Source of the DNA: Rhodobacter capsulatus SB 1003
Lineage (GTDB): Bacteria; Pseudomonadota; Alphaproteobacteria; Rhodobacterales; Rhodobacteraceae
Assembly: GCF_000021865.1 (NCBI RefSeq)
Contig: NC_014034.1
Location: 2,580,001 to 2,612,000 of the forward strand
Direction: 5' to 3'
Length of the DNA stretch: 32,000 bases
Shown: in pieces, positions 26,473 through 32,000 of the stretch
Position numbering within the stretch: the first letter of the stretch is position 1
How the letters are laid out: each line of letters begins with the position of its first letter
Notes under the pieces: model-generated
What the model was told of the DNA's origin: nothing
Databases searched by the model: none
The model's input: only the letters and a program-made list of their open reading frames with translations
Translations under genes and position numbers: made by a program

Positions 26473-27645
26473 CTATTTCCGCGGCGCCGTCACGTCGTGG
26501 CCATAGACCCAGTCGAAACGGCCCAGGATCTTGCCCGGCGCAATCGCCGAGGCCGTGCGCAGCGCCAGATGGCCGATCACCCGCGCCGGGCCCGACAGGT
26601 GATAATTGCGGGCGTTTTCATTCGCCGCCTCGACGATCGCCTCGCAGCGCCCGCGCCGCGCCGCCTGATAGGCGGCCAGCCCCTCAGCGTCGCTTTGCGC
26701 TTCCGCCAACGAGGCCGCCAGCACCCAGGCATCTTCCAGCGCCATCACCGCACCCTGCGCCATGAAGGGCAGCGTCGGATGGGCGGCGTCGCCCAGGATC
26801 GCCGCGCCGCGGCCCTGCCAGACCCGCGCCACGCGATGCCGAAACAGCCCCCAAAGCCAGGGTTCCTTCACCGCCTCGAGCCAGTCCTGCACCTGCGGGC
26901 AGAACTCCTCGAAAGCCGCCAGAAGGCTGCGCGGATCGTCGCGATGCGACCAGCCCTCGGCGGTCCAGCGCTGGCGTTCCTCGACCGCCACGATGTTGCG
27001 CAGGCCGCGCCCGATCGGATAGCTGACCAGATGCCGCCCGTCGCCCATGAAGACCTGCGCCACCTTGGGCTCGGCATCGTCGCAGGGGATCAGCGTCCGC
27101 CAGGCGACCTGATGGGTGAAAAAGGGCCGCCCCTCGCCGTTCAGCGCGCGGCGCACCCGCGATTGCAGCCCGTCGGCGCCGATCAGAAGGCCGGTCTCGA
27201 TCTCCTCGCCCTTGAGCATCTTCAGCCGCGGCAGATGCGGGCCCAGCATCACCTCGGCCACCCGGCTTTGCAGCTTGATCTCGACGCCCGCCGCCCGCGC
27301 GCCCTCGGCCAGAAGCTCGATCAGCCGGGCGCGATGCAAAAGCCGGTATTCCTCGCCCGGGCGCAGCCGCGCCAGATCGAGCCGCGTCACCCGCTTGCCG
27401 GTCTCGCCCTCGCGCAGCTCGATCGCCTCGGCCTGCGGACCGGCCGCGGCCAGCGCCTCGCCCAGCCCGAGCGCATGCAGCACCCGCGCGCCATTGGGGG
27501 AAATCTGCAGGCCCGCGCCGACCTCGCGGATCGCATCGGCCTGTTCCAGCACCGTCACCTCGGCGCCGCGAAGCGCCAGCGCCCGGGCCACCGCAAGACC
27601 CGCAACCCCGGCCCCAAGCACCGTCACCTTCCGACCGATCAGCAC
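26473..27645 (-). CDS. FAD-dependent monooxygenase (salicylate / 3-hydroxybenzoate hydroxylase-like, class A flavoprotein)
   Basis: It has the Rossmann motif VTVLGAGVAGLAVARAL, DGLQSRVR, and GDAAHPTLPFMAQGAVMALEDA. The start is proposed at GTG 27645 (VLIGRKVTVLGAG), with GGAAAGGG 7 nt upstream. The longer track ORF (to 27795) contains the dksA terminator. Confidence 0.82.
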   Translation of the reverse strand: MLIGRKVTVLGAGVAGLAVARALALRGAEVTVLEQADAIREVGAGLQISPNGARVLHALGLGEALAAAGPQAEAIELREGETGKRVTRLDLARLRPGEEYRLLHRARLIELLAEGARAAGVEIKLQSRVAEVMLGPHLPRLKMLKGEEIETGLLIGADGLQSRVRRALNGEGRPFFTHQVAWRTLIPCDDAEPKVAQVFMGDGRHLVSYPIGRGLRNIVAVEERQRWTAEGWSHRDDPRSLLAAFEEFCPQVQDWLEAVKEPWLWGLFRHRVARVWQGRGAAILGDAAHPTLPFMAQGAVMALEDAWVLAASLAEAQSDAEGLAAYQAARRGRCEAIVEAANENARNYHLSGPARVIGHLALRTASAIAPGKILGRFDWVYGHDVTAPRK

Positions 27646-27697
27646 GACCAGACCCTTTCCGAACCGTTGGACCCCGCCCGACCCGGAGCCGTCTTCC

Positions 27698-27729
27698 AAA
27701 AAAAGCACCGGCCCCTGCTGGTGCCGGTG
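27698..27729 (-). terminator. intrinsic terminator of dksA
   Basis: The minus-strand RNA reads CACCGGC-(10 nt)-GCCGGTG-C-UUUUUUU, a 7-bp GC stem followed by a U7 tract. Confidence 0.78.
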
Positions 27730-27775
27730 TCCCATGTCCTTGCGAGAATTCAAACCCCCCACGCTGGGGCGTCGC

Positions 27776-27801
27776 GTCGCACCCCCCTGTCGCACCCCCC
27801 C
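27776..27801. repeat. 13-bp tandem direct repeat GTCGCACCCCCCT / GTCGCACCCCCCC in the dksA 3' region
   Basis: There are two adjacent units with 12 of 13 positions identical. A partial GTCGC precedes them at 27771-27775. Confidence 0.6.
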
Positions 27802-27820
27802 TGCGAGGCGGTGGCCGGGG

Positions 27821-28243
27821 TCAGTCGTCGCGGTGCACGCGCTCGCGGCGCTCGTGTTTTTCCTGCGCTTCCAGCGTCATCGTGGCGATCGGCCGGGCGT
27901 CAAGCCGCTTGAGCGAGATCGGCTCGCCGGTCATTTCGCAATAGCCGTATTCGCCATTCTCGATCCGGCGCAGCGCGGCATCGATCTTCGAGACCAGCTT
28001 GCGCTGCCGGTCGCGGGTGCGCAATTCCAGCGCGCGGTCGGTTTCCTCGCTGGCGCGGTCGGCCAGATCGGGCACGTTGCGCGCCGATTCGGCCAGCCCT
28101 TCAAGGGTTTCGAGCGATTGTTCCAGCAGTTCCGATTTCCACGCCAGAAGCTTGCGGCGGAAATATTCAAGCTGCCTTTCGTTCATGAAAGGCTCGTCTT
28201 CAGCCGGACGGTAATTGTCGGGAAGGAAGGTCTCGGCTTTCAT
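27821..28243 (-). CDS. dksA: RNA polymerase-binding transcription factor DksA (variant lacking the Cys4 zinc finger)
   Basis: The 140-aa reading starts at ATG 28243 (MKAETFLPDNYRP...). The coiled-coil tip DLADRASEE (DxxDxA) is present, along with LELRTRDRQRKLVSKID. The finger region YGYCEMTG...ATMTLEA retains only 1 of the 4 Cys residues. Confidence 0.9.
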   Translation of the reverse strand: MKAETFLPDNYRPAEDEPFMNERQLEYFRRKLLAWKSELLEQSLETLEGLAESARNVPDLADRASEETDRALELRTRDRQRKLVSKIDAALRRIENGEYGYCEMTGEPISLKRLDARPIATMTLEAQEKHERRERVHRDD

Positions 28244-28437
28244 CGCGTCACTCACTGTCGGGCCCTCGGTCGTGTCGGGCTTGCCCCCCGGCACCGCTCG
28301 GCGCTCACTTACCCTAACCCGCATGGGTTGTCACCCCCGCTTTGCGGCCGCGGCATCTTTCCTGCGCCGATCCCGCGCGGCGCTTGCGGCGATTTTGGCG
28401 CCCGGCTAGGCTTTCGGCAGCAAGCAAGGAGAGGCAA

Positions 28438-29273
<836 letters not shown>

Positions 29274-29280
<7 letters not shown>

Positions 29281-29296
29281 GCGCCGCCCTCAGCGC
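29274..29296. repeat. inverted repeat GCGCTGA-N9-TCAGCGC embedding both convergent stop codons
   Basis: The moxR-like stop TGA (29278-29280) and the stop of the minus-strand gene (TCA 29290-29292) each sit in one arm of a 7-bp stem. There is no U-tract. Confidence 0.4.
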
Positions 29297-30396
29297 GGCA
29301 GGACGGTGACCCGGCAGGTCGCGGGGGCGGGGCCGATCTCGCCCAGCCACAGCACCCCGGCCTGTTGCAGGTCGATCTCGAGCAGGCATTCGCCCTCCCG
29401 CTCGGGGGCGCGCACCAGAAGCGTGGTGTCAAGCGTGCCGCCCGGCGGCAGCGGCCGGTCGAGCGGCTGCTGGCCGTCAAGCCATTGCAAAAGGCTGCCA
29501 TCGGGCGCGCGCCAGTGGTTGCCCAGCGAGAGCCCGCTTTCGGGGCTGGGCGCCCAGACCGCGTCCGAGCTGTTGCGCAGGCTCACCGGCACCTCGCACA
29601 GGCCGCGCGCTTGCATCACCAGCTGCGCGGGCGCGGTGATTTCGGCCGAAAGCGACCAGAGCGGGAAGACCCCGGGGCTGGTTCCCGTCACCGCATCCAT
29701 GCGCCGGCGCAGGATGTCGGTCCACAGTTCCAGGATCTTGCCGTTGAAAAGCTTGCCATGTTCCGAGGGAATGGTGTCGATCGTGCATTGCGGCAGGTTG
29801 GCGCGCAACAGCGCCTCGGCGTCGTGAAAGCGCGACAGCGGGTTGGTCACGTCATGGCGCCCGAGGATGAAGGCCGCGCGGCCGCCATAGGGGGTGATCT
29901 GGAGCGGGTTGAGACAGATCAGCAGGGCGACGGGGTGCTCGGCCGCGGTCAGCAGTTGCGCGGTCTTCTGCGCCAGAAGCGCGCCCTGACAATTGCCGCC
30001 CAGAAACAGCGGCCCCGAAAGACCGAGGGACAGCACCTCCTCGGCGCACATCGCCGCCAGATGCAGATGGGTCTTTGCCCCGGGCTTCACCACCATATGC
30101 CCCGAGCGCAGGCCGTAAAGCGGCTGATCGGGGCCGAGTGCCGCGGCCAGCGCCGCAAAGGGCGCATAGCCCTGACAACTCCAGATCAGCGGCGGGCGCG
30201 AGCCCGCGACATTGACCCCGAAGATCAGCCCGTTCGCGCTGACCACCTCGCCCCGCCACCAGGGCCTTGTGACCGCCGCGATCTTCTTGCGCAGATCGGC
30301 CACAAGCGTCGGATCGATCAGCCCCGCCCCGACGGGGGCGGCGGCGGCGGCGGCGGCCGGGCTGTCCTGCGGGGCGGGAGGCGCGATCTTGCTCAT
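29290..30396 (-). CDS. thioesterase-domain-like alpha/beta-hydrolase with Cys nucleophile elbow (GNCQG) plus C-terminal beta-sandwich domain
   Basis: The N-terminal two thirds follow the type-I/II thioesterase layout: PPLIWSCQGYAPFAALAAALGPDQPLYGLRSGH ... GPLFLGGNCQGALLAQKTAQ ... VALLICLN. The C-terminal roughly 110 aa (VSLRNSSDAVW...LGNHWRAPDGS...LPPGGT...VRAPEREGECLLEIDLQQAGVLWLGE) resemble the Ig-like module seen on bacterial glycosyl/methyltransferases. The start overlaps the upstream gene as ATGA. Confidence 0.62.
   Translation of the reverse strand: MSKIAPPAPQDSPAAAAAAAPVGAGLIDPTLVADLRKKIAAVTRPWWRGEVVSANGLIFGVNVAGSRPPLIWSCQGYAPFAALAAALGPDQPLYGLRSGHMVVKPGAKTHLHLAAMCAEEVLSLGLSGPLFLGGNCQGALLAQKTAQLLTAAEHPVALLICLNPLQITPYGGRAAFILGRHDVTNPLSRFHDAEALLRANLPQCTIDTIPSEHGKLFNGKILELWTDILRRRMDAVTGTSPGVFPLWSLSAEITAPAQLVMQARGLCEVPVSLRNSSDAVWAPSPESGLSLGNHWRAPDGSLLQWLDGQQPLDRPLPPGGTLDTTLLVRAPEREGECLLEIDLQQAGVLWLGEIGPAPATCRVTVLPR
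30337..30357. repeat. perfect trinucleotide run (GGC)7, read as (GCC)7 on the coding strand, encoding Ala7
   Basis: I read this directly from the sequence. It corresponds to PAAAAAAAPV near the N-terminus of the hydrolase-like protein. Confidence 0.9.
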
Positions 30397-31859
30397 GTTC
30401 GCCGCAACCAGCCGTTGAAGTTGAACGTGGCATTATAGCCGAAGCGGTCGCAAGACTGCGTGTCGATCTCGTAATCGGCGCCGCGGCGGGCCAGAAAAGC
30501 ATCGATCGCGCGCGAGGGCGGCGACAGCGCCGAGGCCACCGCCGCGCTGTCGGCGGCGTCGCGAAACGCGCCATCCTCGATGATCACGTAATCGCCCCGC
30601 GTCAGATGCGGATCGACATAGTCCAGAACCGCGGTGCAGGTCGCCTCGTCATGGGCGGAATCCTCGATCACCAGCAGCGGATGGCCAAGGCGGCGCAGCT
30701 CCTCGGGCGGCAGCACCCGCGCCAGATCGCGGGCGTCGCCGATGCGGGCATCGACCTGCGGATGCGCGCTGGGGGGGCGCGGCAACAGATCGATGCTGAT
30801 CACCGGCCCGGGCAGGCCCAGCGCCACCATCATGTCGGCCAGCCATTCGGTCCGCCCGCCTTCGAGACTGCCGATCTCGATCACCGCGGCCGGTTTCAGC
30901 TGCCCCAGCAGCGCCAGATAATTCGCCATGTCCAGCGGGTTGAGCAGCATCGCCCGGCCCTTGTAGCGATAGTCAAGGCTGCCCTTGAGCAGGTCGGTCA
31001 GCACTGCGCCGGGCAGCGCGCTGGAAAATTCCCGCGCCCCGCCGCCCTGCCCCGCCGCCGGTCTTGGCCCCGATCCCGCGGGGGCCAGCATCGGGCGGCT
31101 GGCATCAAGCCGTTCCAGCTCGGCGATCTTGCACAGGCTGCGCAGCGGGGGGCTCAGTTCCAGCCCGCCCAGCACCGCCGAGAGCGCCCCCTCGCGGTCC
31201 GCCGCCAGCCGCGGCTGCGGCACGATCACCGCCAGACCGAACAGAAGCGGCAGCCAGACGACATGAAACTCTGCCCCGCGTCCGGCCAGAAAATCCTCGA
31301 TCGCGGTCTTGACGCCATTGCGCGGACCGCCCTCCTCCACGGCATGGGCAAAGCCCGCATTGTGCCCCCCCGGCGAAAGGCCGCGTTCCCGCGGCAAGAG
31401 CCCGCCGATGCGATGGGGCTGGCGATGCGCGGCGGGGATGCGGTCGGGGCAATAGTAAAGATCGCGGCGCGCATAGGGCCATTCGACATCGTGGCAGATA
31501 GTGATCGGCGCATCGGGTGCCAGCGGGCCGTCGCCGCCGTAGATCGCCTGCAGCTCGTGATACATCGTGTACCAGTTGTGGTCGCCATCCAGCAGCACGA
31601 CATCGGCGGGCAGAAGATCGCCCAGCACGTCCAGGCTGGGGCGCGGGTGAAACACCGCCACCCCGGCGAAGCGGTCGCACAGCCGCGCCACCTCGGGCCC
31701 CGGTTCGGGATCGACGATGTCAAGCCGCGCCCCGGCGGCCTTGGCCCAGCCGGCCAGAAACCGGGAATGGCGGCCCGCATCGGCGCCGACCTCGATCACG
31801 CGGCGCGCTTCGGCGGCGTCCAGAATGGGTTTGACGACACTGGGCCAGAATTGGAACAC
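30393..31859 (-). CDS. fusion of two class I SAM-methyltransferase-like domains (N-terminal Methyltransf_24-like, C-terminal CmcI / cephalosporin-hydroxylase-family-like)
   Basis: The N-terminal domain reads MFQFWPSVVKPILDAAEARRVIEVGADAGRHS...LLDGDHNWYTMYHEL. A Gly/Pro/Ala linker follows. The C-terminal domain reads YKGRAMLLNPLDMANYLALLGQLKPAAVIEIGSLEGGRTEWLA...VISIDL...LLVIEDSAHD...GDYVIIEDG, typical of the CmcI / rhamnosyl O-methyltransferase family. The start is GTG 31859, with GGAGA 7 nt upstream. Confidence 0.68.
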   Translation of the reverse strand: MFQFWPSVVKPILDAAEARRVIEVGADAGRHSRFLAGWAKAAGARLDIVDPEPGPEVARLCDRFAGVAVFHPRPSLDVLGDLLPADVVLLDGDHNWYTMYHELQAIYGGDGPLAPDAPITICHDVEWPYARRDLYYCPDRIPAAHRQPHRIGGLLPRERGLSPGGHNAGFAHAVEEGGPRNGVKTAIEDFLAGRGAEFHVVWLPLLFGLAVIVPQPRLAADREGALSAVLGGLELSPPLRSLCKIAELERLDASRPMLAPAGSGPRPAAGQGGGAREFSSALPGAVLTDLLKGSLDYRYKGRAMLLNPLDMANYLALLGQLKPAAVIEIGSLEGGRTEWLADMMVALGLPGPVISIDLLPRPPSAHPQVDARIGDARDLARVLPPEELRRLGHPLLVIEDSAHDEATCTAVLDYVDPHLTRGDYVIIEDGAFRDAADSAAVASALSPPSRAIDAFLARRGADYEIDTQSCDRFGYNATFNFNGWLRRT

Positions 31860-31880
31860 GGGGCTGTCTCCGAAAAAGGG

Positions 31881-32000
31881 TCACGACTTGCGCCAGAAGG
31901 CGCCCGTCCAGTCGATCATGCCAAGCGGCGCGGTGATGCCGCGCGCGGCGCGGAAGCGGTCCACCGCCAGCGCGCATTGGCCAAGGGCGCCGTAATCGTC
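31881..32000 (-). CDS. TylF/MycF-family O-methyltransferase, C-terminal fragment (gene starts beyond the window)
   Basis: My own translation of the minus strand gives DDYGALGQCALAVDRFRAARGITAPLGMIDWTGAFWRKS*. This matches the conserved C-terminus of macrocin-O-methyltransferase-like proteins (DDYG..GC..AVDEFR...GI..PL..ID..G.YWRK). The stop lies 21 nt upstream of the next gene's start. Confidence 0.6.
   Translation of the reverse strand, partial: DDYGALGQCALAVDRFRAARGITAPLGMIDWTGAFWRKS

Noticed and set aside
27646-27795. Long N-terminal extension of the FAD monooxygenase ORF (starts at 27795 or ATG 27735).
   Set aside because: The extension contains the dksA intrinsic terminator hairpin and U-tract (27698-27729) and the C-run tandem repeats. 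The Rossmann GAGVAG motif would sit about 60 aa from the N-terminus instead of the usual roughly 10. GTG 27645, which has an RBS, is preferred.

Overview
This is a high-GC segment (roughly two-thirds G+C by eye, not computed) of an alphaproteobacterial chromosome. Gene content and protein sequences look Rhodobacteraceae-like (Rhodobacter/Cereibacter type). The window is densely packed, with about 30 CDS, two of them cut by the window edges, and most are core genes. They include the Entner-Doudoroff / oxidative pentose block (pgi'-pgl-zwf on minus, edd-eda on plus), an rlmI-like rRNA methyltransferase translationally coupled to an orphan PIN-domain gene, glnE with a small downstream ORF, a DUF2852 membrane protein, bpt and an orphan Tat-signal TRAP solute-binding protein. 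Further along are a FolM-like SDR overlapping a FolB/FolX-like gene, a signal-peptide-less GH3 beta-glucosidase coupled to a GH144-like glucanase, a convergent ABCD/SbmA-BacA-type fused ABC transporter, a short SDR, surE-pcm-nlpD, a YidE/YbjL-type transporter, xthA, an FAD monooxygenase, a Zn-finger-less dksA and a MoxR-type AAA+ ATPase. The least ordinary part is the right end (29.3-32.0 kb, minus strand). It is an apparent operon of a TylF-like O-methyltransferase (partial), a fused double Methyltransf_24/CmcI-like methyltransferase, and a thioesterase-like alpha/beta-hydrolase that has Cys in the nucleophile elbow and a C-terminal beta-sandwich domain. I read it as an uncharacterised tailoring module (glycan or other acceptor). 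Six gene pairs overlap by ATGA, which suggests translational coupling. Non-coding signals I could see are a shared LacI-type palindrome at the edd promoter and upstream of zwf, a long AT-rich hairpin between edd and eda, twin 24-bp repeats each carrying a 19-bp palindrome upstream of the DUF2852 gene, and three clean intrinsic terminators. I recognised no rRNA, tRNA, CRISPR array, transposase, integrase or prophage signature. The many very long ORFs antisense to real genes are GC-driven shadow ORFs. All family assignments rest on motif recognition from memory, and no searches were run.
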